DNA of 64,000 nt from Acidobacteriota bacterium (GTDB lineage: Bacteria; Acidobacteriota; UBA6911). Both the position numbers and the translations under genes were made by a program. The stretch spans positions 2,976,001 to 3,040,000 of the forward strand of contig OY761556.1 in assembly GCA_963664705.1 (NCBI GenBank), read 5' to 3'. Shown here piece after piece: positions 50,535-60,962 of the stretch. The notes beneath the pieces were generated by a model. That model did no database searches, was not told where the DNA came from, and worked only from the letters and a program-made list of their open reading frames with translations. How positions within the stretch are numbered: the stretch's first letter is position 1; each line of letters opens with the position of its first letter.

Positions 50535-52745
50535 TCACTTCGGGCTATCGATACGCTGGGAGGTTGCAACGTCAAAAAGCCTGAAATCCGAATAGGCATG
50601 CGTATTGCGAAGGACTCTTCCATTCCAATTGACACCGACCATCACCTGAACAGGAAGCCAGAACTTTTGCGTGATCTGCGGGAATCGAACCTCATCAAAA
50701 TCAATCTGAGTCTTCAGCTTTTCCAGCCCCAACTGGGGAAGAGGCTGCAAAAGGTCTGTGGTAATTCGAAGGATCTGATAATTTTCAGCATCAATCCACG
50801 CAATTCCCTGCTTGTATGTTTCCTGCCGATTCGTCCCGACCTGGAACTGGCCCGACAAGCGGCATTTGCCGGGTATCTGAGCGAAAGCGACCACGATCGT
50901 GTTCCGTCCCCTCAATTTCTGATATCCAAGCAGGCGAAAGACATTCCCGTCCTGATGCATGGGATGGAAAATCAGAGGTGCTGACATAAATCCTGAAGTC
51001 AGCATATAGCCCTCCTCCAAGCCCAACTGGCGGATCTCACGTCCCTGGGCATCCGATCGGTATTCATCAAAAAGAAGATCGTGTTTCTCAATAGCTCCCA
51101 GGCACAGATAAAGATACTCGTATTTTCTGCCGGCATCAGCGCTTGCTTTTCCGTCGATTTTTTCCAATTGAACCTTCTCGACGGCGGAGACATTCAGCAA
51201 ATCGGCAAAGAGCCTGGACACATTTGCTCCCACCGCTTCAAGGATGTCCTTCATTGGCGCTTGATCTGTTGCCTGTTCGAAGTCGGGTAAATCGCGCACG
51301 GGATCGTGCAGATAGTCGATTGGCTTTTCTTTTGGCAACGCAGCCTTTTCCCTCACAGCCACAGCGGCGGTCGCATCGATCTTTGTTCCATAAAGGCGTT
51401 GATACAGATTACGCACCCGTGTCGACATCTTCGAAATATCCCGGTTTTCAAGATAAGCCGAGAGCTCATCCCTGGCCTGATCATCCATCCCTGCGCCAAG
51501 AAAAACTTCTGCAAGAATTTGTCGGACATTCAAACCAGCGCGCAAAGCGATTTCTCTTCTCTCCGCTTCTCCTGCCTTCTCCCAGGCTGAACTCATATAG
51601 GGCTCGTCGCCATAATCCTGGAGCGCCTGCGCTCCACGCGGCCCGAACCGGAGGTATTTTCGCAACTCTTCGATGGAGCCGACCATGTCGCTTTTCCCGG
51701 CGAACATGCTTGCCAGAATCAGGTGCACTTTGGGATAGCGGTGTGTCGAATCAAGCCGTTCAGTCTGAAGAGCGCTCTTCTCTGCCCGGCCTGGGTTCTT
51801 CAGATTCAAGCCGGCCATTGCGCTCAAGTAATGCGCTTCCGGAAAAGAAATCGGATCCAATGCCAGCGCCTTGTCGGTCAACTCGGCCACATCCTGCCAT
51901 TTATGCTCTGCCGCTGAAATCCATGCCAGCCAGATATGGGGATATACATACAATCCATCAATTGCTATTGCCTTTGTGTAGGCATCGCGGGCTTCCGGGA
52001 TTCGCTGCTGATTTTGATAGAGTTTTCCCAGAAGAAACCAAGCCTCTCCATACTTCGGATAGAGCGCCGTAGCTGATTGGAGATACTTTTCCGCGTCACC
52101 CGGCTTGTCTTTTCGCAATGCCGCCTTGGCTTTCTCCATCGTCTTCCTGGCGGATTTCGGCGCCAGCAGACTGGTGGCGCTGGTCGTGGATCCCTTAATC
52201 TTCTCCGAGGGATACAGCACGAGAGTCCCGATATCCGTGAGCATTGACAGAGAAACGCCGGCCATTTCTATATAGCTGGATTTATACCCACTGAGCGCCG
52301 CCCGGAGCGTGCAGCCTGCGAGGCTGGAATCGCCTGGCATCTTCTGTACACGCGTCGTTACAAAGGAAGGACCAATATCAAAAGGGCTCGAGCCCCCATC
52401 TCGGCCGAATGGATCCGGCGTATCCTGGCTTACATCCTGGTACTGCTGCCCAAACCGGTTACTATCTCCAAGTCGAAAAGAAAAGCGTCCGTTTGCTCCA
52501 ACGGTGGATTCCCTGGTCACCGCACCTCTGCACTCAAGTTCTATATCCGCTCCAACGGGCGGCGTCCCATTGTCCTTTACGACAAAGCCGGAAATGAATA
52601 TTTCCTGCGGACGATAATCCTCATGGGACTTGGTAATCGCCGGACTTGGAACACCTTTCTGGGTTTCTTGAGCTTCAGCCTTTGTTGCCAGTAACAAGAG
52701 GACCAACACCAGGGGAAAAAAGCGAATGAAGGCACGAAAATTCAT
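50535..52745 (-). CDS. Exported TPR protein with N-terminal Ig/carboxypeptidase-like and C-terminal beta domain
   Basis: Signal peptide (AEA-Q); TPR repeats (YPKYGEAWFLLG...); C-terminal domain shared with 9104-10066. Confidence 0.8.
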   Translation of the reverse strand: MNFRAFIRFFPLVLVLLLLATKAEAQETQKGVPSPAITKSHEDYRPQEIFISGFVVKDNGTPPVGADIELECRGAVTRESTVGANGRFSFRLGDSNRFGQQYQDVSQDTPDPFGRDGGSSPFDIGPSFVTTRVQKMPGDSSLAGCTLRAALSGYKSSYIEMAGVSLSMLTDIGTLVLYPSEKIKGSTTSATSLLAPKSARKTMEKAKAALRKDKPGDAEKYLQSATALYPKYGEAWFLLGKLYQNQQRIPEARDAYTKAIAIDGLYVYPHIWLAWISAAEHKWQDVAELTDKALALDPISFPEAHYLSAMAGLNLKNPGRAEKSALQTERLDSTHRYPKVHLILASMFAGKSDMVGSIEELRKYLRFGPRGAQALQDYGDEPYMSSAWEKAGEAERREIALRAGLNVRQILAEVFLGAGMDDQARDELSAYLENRDISKMSTRVRNLYQRLYGTKIDATAAVAVREKAALPKEKPIDYLHDPVRDLPDFEQATDQAPMKDILEAVGANVSRLFADLLNVSAVEKVQLEKIDGKASADAGRKYEYLYLCLGAIEKHDLLFDEYRSDAQGREIRQLGLEEGYMLTSGFMSAPLIFHPMHQDGNVFRLLGYQKLRGRNTIVVAFAQIPGKCRLSGQFQVGTNRQETYKQGIAWIDAENYQILRITTDLLQPLPQLGLEKLKTQIDFDEVRFPQITQKFWLPVQVMVGVNWNGRVLRNTHAYSDFRLFDVATSQRIDSPK

Positions 52746-53091
52746 TGAACATCTCCGGCATTGCAGGTATGGATACGATACTCTCTTCGCAGCGCTGACG
52801 CAAACGTTCCTCACTATAGTATTTGACATCGAGAATGCAATGGCTTTGCCGTGATTTATCTTAGGCTGTCGCGCTGCTGGCATTTTGCCCGCGGGATCAG
52901 CATCATGGAAGCGTCTTTGCCTGCCAGACGGCTAAGGCTGCATACTATTTGTAAGTCCGGCAACGAGGATGAAGCCGCGCAATGGTTTTGGCGATTTGCA
53001 GGATTATTACCAGGAGCGCCGCCACCCCGAAGGCAACGGAGACGCCGGCGCTCCTAGTGGTCCCCCGCATTCGCCATTAAGATGGAGGAAC

Positions 53092-53787
53092 CTATTTCTT
53101 GGATGGCGGCGGGCCAAAAGTCTTCAGGTTGGCAGGGCCTCCCCAGTTAAATTTCTGTAAATCAAAGTTCCGGACTGTGTCCTGCCGATCCAGATTGGGC
53201 CCCAGGTAAAGCGCATGGAAGAGGACGGGTTTCTTAATTACCCTGAAATTTAGCGGGCAGTGATTCAAGCCCTTGGGAATGAAAACGATGGTGGTAGATG
53301 TGATGGTGTGCTTCTCCATTTCGTCTCCCATCCACAGGTCGATTTCCGCATCGAAGCTTTTGCACAGGTCCGGCAGCTGTGCTCCGAGGAAGATGAGAAA
53401 CTCATCATATTTGTGTAAATGGGGCGTCTCCCAGCACACCGGAGCGGTAAAGACCTGCCAACCGATGGTGGCCGTCGCTCCAGGCAACGCCGATGCGCCG
53501 CGAAAGTAAGTCTGGGGACTGGCTATTTCCGGGAATGGAGGAAGGCTGTTCAGAGAAACAAAGTCATTTGCCTTCGGCGGTTGACGATTGTCGCTCAGGA
53601 AAAATTTCCCATATTTCGTCCCGTCAGCCGATTGTGTCGCCTCCGGGGCGGCAAATAACCCGTTCTGCTGGGGCGCCAATGATCCCATCAACGAGTTCGC
53701 GAGAGCAATGCCGCCGGCTCCTGCGGTGATATCTTTCACGAAGCCCCTGCGCGTCGTACTCTTCTTTCTGGTACCAGCAAGACTCAT
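53092..53787 (-). CDS. Tat-signal cupin-fold protein (paralog of 29601-30296)
   Basis: TTRRGFVK, PHLHKYDE and VFIPKGLNHCP motifs. Confidence 0.8.
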   Translation of the reverse strand: MSLAGTRKKSTTRRGFVKDITAGAGGIALANSLMGSLAPQQNGLFAAPEATQSADGTKYGKFFLSDNRQPPKANDFVSLNSLPPFPEIASPQTYFRGASALPGATATIGWQVFTAPVCWETPHLHKYDEFLIFLGAQLPDLCKSFDAEIDLWMGDEMEKHTITSTTIVFIPKGLNHCPLNFRVIKKPVLFHALYLGPNLDRQDTVRNFDLQKFNWGGPANLKTFGPPPSKK

Positions 53788-53890
53788 GGCTGTCTCTCCT
53801 TTTTCATAGAATTTCTCGGTAAAATTGCCCGGACATTTGCTGCCCGGTGAGCATGGTGGGGCTCCGCCAATTGAGCGGAGTGCGCCAACG

Positions 53891-54433
53891 TTATTTCTTT
53901 TCAGGCTTGGGTGCCACGCGTTTTCCCTGATTCAGCAGGGCATGGTGCGTGCGCGATTTGAAGCGCCATCCTGCCGCCGTCTTCGCATAAACATCTGCGT
54001 AGTAGCCATCGTATTCGATTTTGTTGGGGTCTCCGCCCAATCCAATCATCAGCATATCGACGGTGCCAACAGCGCCTTCCGCGGTCGCGGTGATGATATG
54101 GTTTACATAGAGATGCCTGACGCCTTCCTTGATCCAGGGCACGTTTTTGCATCCTTGCGTCCCGCCGCCTGAAACCTCCGCCAGGCGCTCGCGCCCCTGA
54201 AATTTAAGCTCGACCTTTCCGTTCATGGAGGGAGCAAAGAACCCGTCCGCCGTGAAAAGATCGGCATAGTCGTATCCATTGTTGGAGCAGGTATCGATGG
54301 CGCGTGCATATTTTGCAACCAGCTGTTGGATCTGAAAGTAATCCAGTGCGGTAAGTTCCGCTGCCATGGTTTTCGGTGCAAATGCGGTGAGGGTCAAAAC
54401 AAACAGCAGGCAAAGCATCATGGGACGTTTCAT
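53891..54433 (-). CDS. Exported SnoaL/NTF2-like protein
   Basis: Signal peptide; IQQLVAKYARAID, DLFTADG, RHLYVN and YADVYAKTAAGWRFKSR motifs. Confidence 0.85.
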   Translation of the reverse strand: MKRPMMLCLLFVLTLTAFAPKTMAAELTALDYFQIQQLVAKYARAIDTCSNNGYDYADLFTADGFFAPSMNGKVELKFQGRERLAEVSGGGTQGCKNVPWIKEGVRHLYVNHIITATAEGAVGTVDMLMIGLGGDPNKIEYDGYYADVYAKTAAGWRFKSRTHHALLNQGKRVAPKPEKK

Positions 54434-54593
54434 TGTGCTCCTCGGGAAACCGGGTGGATATGGCTTCAAGTGCGCGGGGGCAGCTTGACCGCATTATGAA
54501 TCGTTGCTGGAGTAATCCCGGAGGCGGACTCCCGTGTCAGTGCGGCTGACAGTGTCGGGAGTCTGCCCCGGGTCAGATCCGGCAGAATGACGC

Positions 54594-55160
54594 CTATTTT
54601 TTCTTTGGAGGCGGATCTTCGCCTATTCTGGCATCGATAAATACAATAGGTTTTCCAACGCGCTTCACGACCAGGGGGCAATGAGGCGTATTTTTGGGAA
54701 TGAAGAAATAGCAGGGATAGTTGATCTTTCTGACCTTGTCTCCCAGCAACATTTCACAATCCGCGTCGAATTCGAGGAAGTTCTTAGAATTGCCGCCAAT
54801 AAGGAATATCCACTGATCATGCTGGTGGGAATGGGTAGCGCCACCCAATGTTTCCGGCCTTTCAATGTAGGCGAAGCCGATCGCCAGTTTGGATCCGGGG
54901 ATATCTTTTTCACCCCACGCCGTGATCATCGGGGATGTGATGGAAGCGTGCATGGATTTCCACGGTTTGAACTCAACAACGTTGGGTTCTCTGACGGCAT
55001 TTGCCAGCTTGCTCATGTCAAACGATTCGTAAGTCGGCCGCTGCGGGCTCATCGCCGACGCACTCAATGTAGACAGGACACTGGCAAAAGCCATTCCTGC
55101 TGCTCCGGCGGATACTTCCTGAAAAAAATCGCGCCGGTTCGTCTGCTTCTTTTTTGCCAT
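54594..55160 (-). CDS. Tat-signal cupin-fold protein (third, more divergent)
   Basis: TNRRDFFQ, HSHQHDQ and FFIPKNTPHCP motifs. Confidence 0.75.
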   Translation of the reverse strand: MAKKKQTNRRDFFQEVSAGAAGMAFASVLSTLSASAMSPQRPTYESFDMSKLANAVREPNVVEFKPWKSMHASITSPMITAWGEKDIPGSKLAIGFAYIERPETLGGATHSHQHDQWIFLIGGNSKNFLEFDADCEMLLGDKVRKINYPCYFFIPKNTPHCPLVVKRVGKPIVFIDARIGEDPPPKKK

Positions 55161-55319
55161 TAGCTTCTCCTCCGTAGAGTTAGTACACGATCGTTAAGCC
55201 TGGTACAAAAAAGCTAACTTCTGACTTCGTATTTGTTCAGTGAGGCTCAGGAAAGAATCCGGCAGCTCCTGCAATCTCCCGGATTGCAAGAACTGCCGAT
55301 CTCTTAATCTTCGGTTTCT

Positions 55320-58300
55320 CTAGAAAACATACTTGAAACCAAATTGGATAATACGCGGATTGACGGCTGTGTCATTAATCGTCCCGAAATTCGTATCTCT
55401 GGCAACGCTGGGATTGGCGAACTGGGGATGATTAAAGGCGTTGTAGAACTCGGTCCGGAACTGGAAGGTATGCCCTTCGCTGATCCTTACCAGCTTGAGG
55501 ATCGAGAGATCCCAGTTATGCTGGCCGGGACCCAAAAGGATACCCACTCCGGTATTGCCCCAGCCGGTACCATTGCCATAGACTCCGCCGGTTGGCGGCG
55601 CACAGAATGCGCTGCTGTTGACGTAGCCGGGGCCGCCGCTTTTCCCGCCCAACCGTTGACGGATATCGCCGGATGTCGGGATTGAAGCATAGGTCGCTCC
55701 GGAACAGAGCTGCGCTCTGCCGCCGCTGGCTCCATAGATGCTCCCTGCGGAACTATCCGTGAAGGTAAGTGGAATACCACTCTGGATTGTGGTGATTCCG
55801 GAAATGCTCCAGTCGTTAAATAGTTTTCCTTTCGCGCCCGCATGCTTGCCAAAAGGCAAGTCGTACTGGTAGTTCAGAATAAAGCGATGAGGCCGGTTCC
55901 AGCCGCTCGGCCCATATTGCTGATCCTGATCTAACGGGTTATTGGAATTCGTGCTGTCGCCTGCGCCCAGAGTCGTCAGGTTTTTGCTGAACGTGTAGGA
56001 CGCTTGCAGCGACAATCCATAGGAAAATGCTTTTCGCAGGCTGGTTTGAAGACTGTTGTAATTGGACTCGGCATCGAAATAGGTTCCTTGCAGTCCGGTT
56101 GCCTGATACCCAAGGTAAGGCACCCGCAATCCCACATTGCCGGTGGTATTGGCAGTCTGGCCGTTGATTGCAGTCGTGGAGCTTGCCAGTCGAGCCAGAT
56201 TGACATTTCGATACGAATTCATCAGTTTTCGTGCTGACGAACCAACATACGCTACATCCAGGACCCAGTTGTGGAAAAGCTCGTACTGAATGCTGAGGTT
56301 GTATTGGTAGGTTCTGGGAATCTCGACCTTGGGATTAAGAAACATGGTGCTCAAAGCCGAACCGCCTCCGGTGCAAGTTGTCCCCGTGGGATCGCACGCA
56401 AGAGAATTCCATCGGGACAAATAAGATCCCAACGAAACATTGGGGTAGGGATTCTGCAGTGTGTAGGGATTGAAAGGGCCATAGCTTAGGGAAGCTGCAT
56501 AAGGTGGGCTTTCCTGGTACGCCCGGATAAAGTAATACGCCTGCACGCGGTCGTAGAACATTCCAAAGCCTCCGCGCACAGCCATATTTCCTTTACTGGT
56601 TGGCTGCCAGGCGAATCCAATTCTTGGACCAAAGTTGGTGTACGGCGGATGACCATCAATTGCATTGTTATTGTCAGAGATGGTAACTCCCGCCGGCGGA
56701 GTCCCGTATTTGGGATTAGAATTTTTGGCAACCACGTATCCCACCAAACCCGAACCGGATGTAGTTGGTGCCGTGGGAGGCGTGGGAACGGTGGCCAACA
56801 GACTCGGCCAGATGCTGGTCATATTGCCGTTGGCATCGTTCAACATGCTGTTATATTCCCACCTGAGGCCAAGGTTGACCGTCAGCTTCGGGCCTATTTT
56901 CCAGTCATCCTGGATAAAAGCACTCGAGTTGTTCTGGCGATAGTTGTGGGATAGTTCTCCCTGGGGACTATCTCCTTTATTCGTCACAGACATGAAGATG
57001 TTGCCCGGACCTCCGACAAGAAAGTCGTTAAAGGTACCGAAATACAACCAGCCTCGATACGCGCCTGGCGTTGAGAAATAGTGAACTCTCTCGTACTCCA
57101 GTCCTGCGCGAAGAGTATGGCTGCCTTTTGACCAGGAGATCTGATCCGCGTACTGATAACTGCCGCTCAAACTCTGGGCAGGGCGGAAGGAGTTAAACAT
57201 ATAAGGCCCGCCGGCGACCCATATCCAGGGCGGCAATGTGATGTTCGGGTTAGGAGGGGTGATGCCCAGCTCTTTGTTGGAGCTTCCGTTTATCGGCGTA
57301 TCGAAAATGTCGCCCCAACTTCGTTGATAGGAATAGCGCCCCTCGTTGACCAGGTTGCTTCTAAGGGCCGACGTAAGCTTTACAACCACACTATGGTTGG
57401 AATAGAAATCCGTCATAGGATTCCCCGGGAGGTTGAGGTAATTCTCCCCCATGGGTGAGTATTTCGGATCTCTTGTATAGAAGAACCTGCCCGCCAAAGT
57501 GTTTTGGGGATTGATTATGTAATCGACATTGGTAAGAAACTGATCTCCCTTGTATTCCGCCGGGATGCTGAAGATTCTCCGGCCGTATGCTGCGGATCCT
57601 GATCCGGGGAAATAATAGCTGCCGTCGGGGAGCTTCAATTTGAGTATGTTGAGAGCGACTGGATTGATATTCGATCCATCGCACTTCACATTAGCTCCGC
57701 CGGTCCACCCCCAGTTCTGAAACCCGCAATTTGCGGCGCCAAGGGCAGCGGCAAAGGTAGATGCGCTGCGGTCGCCATCAGGAATTGGCGGCAACTGAGT
57801 GTCTACCTTTCCTCCGCCCGAAATCCCATTTCGCTGCCGCGATCCCTGCCAACTTCCAAACAGGAGAAGCTTGTCCTTGATTACCGGCCCGCCCAAGGTA
57901 AATCCGTATTGCTTCTGCGTGAGAATCGGTTTTTGGGCGTCCGTGGTCAACCTGTTTCGATTGAAGAAGAAAGGATTGGCGTTGAGTGATGTGTCCCTCA
58001 GGAAAAAGAAGGCCGTCCCGTGCAGATCATTGCTTCCGGATTTCGTAACGACATTGACACTCGCGCCCGGATTTCGTCCATAGCTGGCGTCGAATGTAGA
58101 TGTCTGCACCTTGAATTCCTGAAGCGCATCCGGATTTGGAACACCGATCCCTGCGCCGACATTCTGATCGTCGGCGTGGCCAAGGCTCGCAATACTATTG
58201 ATGGATACTCCATCCATCTGATAGTTGTTCTGAGCAGGCTTGGAACCGTTAACGCTGGTCTTTTGCGTGCCTTTCCCCAGCACCGTTGCATTGGCGACAT

Positions 58301-58826
58301 CGGCGCTGACTCCAGCAGAAAAATCGAGGATCTGGGTATAGTTACGGGTTGTCAGCGGCAGCGAACGCACCTCATCTCCACCCACCAGCGTTCCCAAGGT
58401 CGAAGTCGCCGTCTGAATGATCTCCGTGTCAGCGGCAACCTTTACCGTCTCGCTTGGCGCGCCCACGGCCATGGTGCAATTCAAAACCTCTGTCTCGGTA
58501 ACATTGATGGATATTGAGGGGATTTCGGCTGTCTGGAAGCCGCTCACACTGACCTTGACCCTATATTTGCCGGGCGGCAGAAGCACTATTTTATAGGTTC
58601 CGTTTTCGCTCGACAGCGTGGAACGAGTTTGTGCGGTCGCAATATTGGTTACGGAGATTTCAGCCTTTGCAATCACCGCGCCGGAGGGATCCTTAATGGT
58701 TCCCGTCAGTGCGCCGGTGTCGGCTGATTGTGCAAATGCGGAGGGGCTCGTCCATGGGGTCACAGCAAAAAGGCTCAGCAGAGAAAATGCCGTCAGCCAG
58801 GAAATAAGCAATTTCCTTTTATTCAT
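55320..58826 (-). CDS. TonB-dependent receptor (Oar-like)
   Basis: Signal peptide; GTIKDPSGAVI, LPLTTRNY, QEFKVQTS, QDDWKI, FGPRIGFAW and NPRIIQFGFKYVF motifs. Confidence 0.93.
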   Translation of the reverse strand: MNKRKLLISWLTAFSLLSLFAVTPWTSPSAFAQSADTGALTGTIKDPSGAVIAKAEISVTNIATAQTRSTLSSENGTYKIVLLPPGKYRVKVSVSGFQTAEIPSISINVTETEVLNCTMAVGAPSETVKVAADTEIIQTATSTLGTLVGGDEVRSLPLTTRNYTQILDFSAGVSADVANATVLGKGTQKTSVNGSKPAQNNYQMDGVSINSIASLGHADDQNVGAGIGVPNPDALQEFKVQTSTFDASYGRNPGASVNVVTKSGSNDLHGTAFFFLRDTSLNANPFFFNRNRLTTDAQKPILTQKQYGFTLGGPVIKDKLLLFGSWQGSRQRNGISGGGKVDTQLPPIPDGDRSASTFAAALGAANCGFQNWGWTGGANVKCDGSNINPVALNILKLKLPDGSYYFPGSGSAAYGRRIFSIPAEYKGDQFLTNVDYIINPQNTLAGRFFYTRDPKYSPMGENYLNLPGNPMTDFYSNHSVVVKLTSALRSNLVNEGRYSYQRSWGDIFDTPINGSSNKELGITPPNPNITLPPWIWVAGGPYMFNSFRPAQSLSGSYQYADQISWSKGSHTLRAGLEYERVHYFSTPGAYRGWLYFGTFNDFLVGGPGNIFMSVTNKGDSPQGELSHNYRQNNSSAFIQDDWKIGPKLTVNLGLRWEYNSMLNDANGNMTSIWPSLLATVPTPPTAPTTSGSGLVGYVVAKNSNPKYGTPPAGVTISDNNNAIDGHPPYTNFGPRIGFAWQPTSKGNMAVRGGFGMFYDRVQAYYFIRAYQESPPYAASLSYGPFNPYTLQNPYPNVSLGSYLSRWNSLACDPTGTTCTGGGSALSTMFLNPKVEIPRTYQYNLSIQYELFHNWVLDVAYVGSSARKLMNSYRNVNLARLASSTTAINGQTANTTGNVGLRVPYLGYQATGLQGTYFDAESNYNSLQTSLRKAFSYGLSLQASYTFSKNLTTLGAGDSTNSNNPLDQDQQYGPSGWNRPHRFILNYQYDLPFGKHAGAKGKLFNDWSISGITTIQSGIPLTFTDSSAGSIYGASGGRAQLCSGATYASIPTSGDIRQRLGGKSGGPGYVNSSAFCAPPTGGVYGNGTGWGNTGVGILLGPGQHNWDLSILKLVRISEGHTFQFRTEFYNAFNHPQFANPSVARDTNFGTINDTAVNPRIIQFGFKYVF

Positions 58827-59154
58827 GTGTTCTCCTCTGTCCGTAAATTGCCTTTGAGAAATGCACGCACAACAATGGTCGCCCCCTACAACGATGTCGA
58901 TCACAAACGGGGACACCAAATGCAGAAGCGGGCCTGGTAACTTTTCCGATTTTCTCGAATTTTTGGTTCTAACCTAATATGAGGTCCATCATAATTTGGG
59001 ATCTTTCCATGTCAAGGAAAAACGGTCCCACGGAGAGCAACACCGCCGTCTCGCCTGGCGCCGCATATGATTTGTTCTAAGCCTGCGACGCGAGTGAGGC
59101 ACCACACCCGGAGGGCAGAAAGCGATTAGCCGGGGCAGTGGCGCCTCAGGCGGG

Positions 59155-59763
59155 CTACTCCTTTGCCGGCGCTTTTCCGTTATCCCCATGGATTGGAGTC
59201 GCTTTGGTCTTTTCCTTATCCCTTATCTTCAGCGCACTCGAGGTCAGAAGCGTATCGGCTTCACCTTTCTGTATAAAGACATGCTCCGGGCGCATGGATA
59301 AAATCGCTCTCTCATTCATAAGCGCCAGGATGGATTCATCAAGCATTGATCCCATAAGCCCAGCCGCGTTCTTGAACGCGATCGAAGCTCCTATTTCGCG
59401 AACAACAAGATCAAACCGCGGCACCCCATCCCGGCTGCATATCATTCCTTCCGGCCTGATTACCGTGGCGTACCTGCCCCCCAGGGAAAATTCCGAAGCG
59501 GCAATCGTGGCCTTTTCCGTCTCCCGCCCGGATTTAGCGCTAAAGGAAAGCGACTGCGGAGTAAGCTTCGCGCTTGCATCCCCGTCACTCAGTATTATTT
59601 CCCGGGCCTCTATTCGTTCGACTCTGCCTTCAGTCTTTTGCGGAAGAACATAACCCATGGTCATCAGTCCTGCCAGGCACAAGGACAAGCCCGAAATCAT
59701 CATCCGCATGCGTTTGTTCTGTCGTTCGAGGCTCTCGATTCTCCCAAGCAATTGATCAGTCAT
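59155..59763 (-). CDS. Hypothetical protein (N-terminal coiled coil, TM helix, beta-rich region)
   Basis: RIESLERQNKRMR followed by a hydrophobic helix; AGGAG RBS. Confidence 0.65.
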   Translation of the reverse strand: MTDQLLGRIESLERQNKRMRMMISGLSLCLAGLMTMGYVLPQKTEGRVERIEAREIILSDGDASAKLTPQSLSFSAKSGRETEKATIAASEFSLGGRYATVIRPEGMICSRDGVPRFDLVVREIGASIAFKNAAGLMGSMLDESILALMNERAILSMRPEHVFIQKGEADTLLTSSALKIRDKEKTKATPIHGDNGKAPAKE

Positions 59764-59816
59764 GATGCGCTCCTGCAGAACGGATTGAACTGCTGTTAGA
59801 TATGCCGGATCCGACT

Positions 59817-60962
59817 TTAGGCCAAAATGCCTTGCGCCCGGACCAGTCTGGAACGAACCTCGACTCCATTGGGACACTGGATCGAACAGGTGGAACAATC
59901 GCTGCACCGAATGGAACGGATCTCTCCCGGCAAACGCATAAAGCTATTGTGTGCCTGCCGGAGATCGCCGGCGAAATCGTGATAGGCCAGATACCGCAAT
60001 TCGTCAGTGACCGGAACCCCTTTGGGGCATTTGCCTTTGCATTCATAGCACATCCGGCAGTAGAGCGGTCGGATCTCCTCATTTCGCGCAAACAGTGCTT
60101 TCTCATCCCTGGGCGTATAGGTCTCTGTCATAGCCCGGAAATTCATTTCGAGCTGTTCAATATTATCGGGATGCGGCACGGTGGTCGAAATGTCCGGATT
60201 TTTCAATACCCATTTGACGGCCGAAAGCGGCCCTTCGTTTGTCAGCACCTTTTTGTCTTTTGGCGGAGGCCCGAATCCCACCATGGACATCGCAACGACT
60301 ACTTTCATCGCCACTACGCCGATTCCCGCCTCATGCAGCCTGTGTATCGCCGCATTGCGGTCTGGACCTAACGGGTAGCTGTAAGTGGTCTGCACAACGT
60401 CATGCTTCCCGAGCTTGATGATCTTATCCACGACAGCATTGATGTCATGTGTGCTGACTCCGATGAAACGCGTCTTCCCCTGCTTCTTCAGTATTTCCTG
60501 AGCTTCGACCGCCTCGTCCGTGATTGAATCGGGCGTATCTCTGCCATGCAGATGCCAGATATCAACGTGGTCCGTCCGCAGCGCCTTTAGACTTTCATCC
60601 ATTTCCTTCAAGACTTCCGCCTTGGTCATTCCGTCGGCTTTGCTGGCGAGGATGATTTTGTTTCTCCTGGGCTGCAGCGCCGCTCCGGTAATTTCTTCGC
60701 TTTTGCCTTTTTCATAGGTGCGGGCAGTATCGAAGTAGTTGACACCCAAATCCGCCGCACGAACGAGAACTGCGGGATCAGGAATAAGTCCGACGCCGCA
60801 GCCAACGCCGGATACTTTCAAGCCGGTTTTCCCAAGCATCCGATAGACGCCTCCGCTAATGGGCTGCGCGGAGAGTGCGGGCGAATGAGAACCAACGAGT
60901 CCTGCAACAGGCAAAGCCAATCCGGCTTGCAGAAACTTCCGGCGCGATGCATCGAACTCCAT
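59817..60962 (-). CDS. Tat-signal aldo/keto reductase with C-terminal Fe-S Cys motifs
   Basis: SRRKFLQ, LGKTGLKVS, NYFDTARTY and GVSTH motifs; CRMCYECKGKCP and CSDCSTCSIQCP. Confidence 0.9.
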   Translation of the reverse strand: MEFDASRRKFLQAGLALPVAGLVGSHSPALSAQPISGGVYRMLGKTGLKVSGVGCGVGLIPDPAVLVRAADLGVNYFDTARTYEKGKSEEITGAALQPRRNKIILASKADGMTKAEVLKEMDESLKALRTDHVDIWHLHGRDTPDSITDEAVEAQEILKKQGKTRFIGVSTHDINAVVDKIIKLGKHDVVQTTYSYPLGPDRNAAIHRLHEAGIGVVAMKVVVAMSMVGFGPPPKDKKVLTNEGPLSAVKWVLKNPDISTTVPHPDNIEQLEMNFRAMTETYTPRDEKALFARNEEIRPLYCRMCYECKGKCPKGVPVTDELRYLAYHDFAGDLRQAHNSFMRLPGEIRSIRCSDCSTCSIQCPNGVEVRSRLVRAQGILA

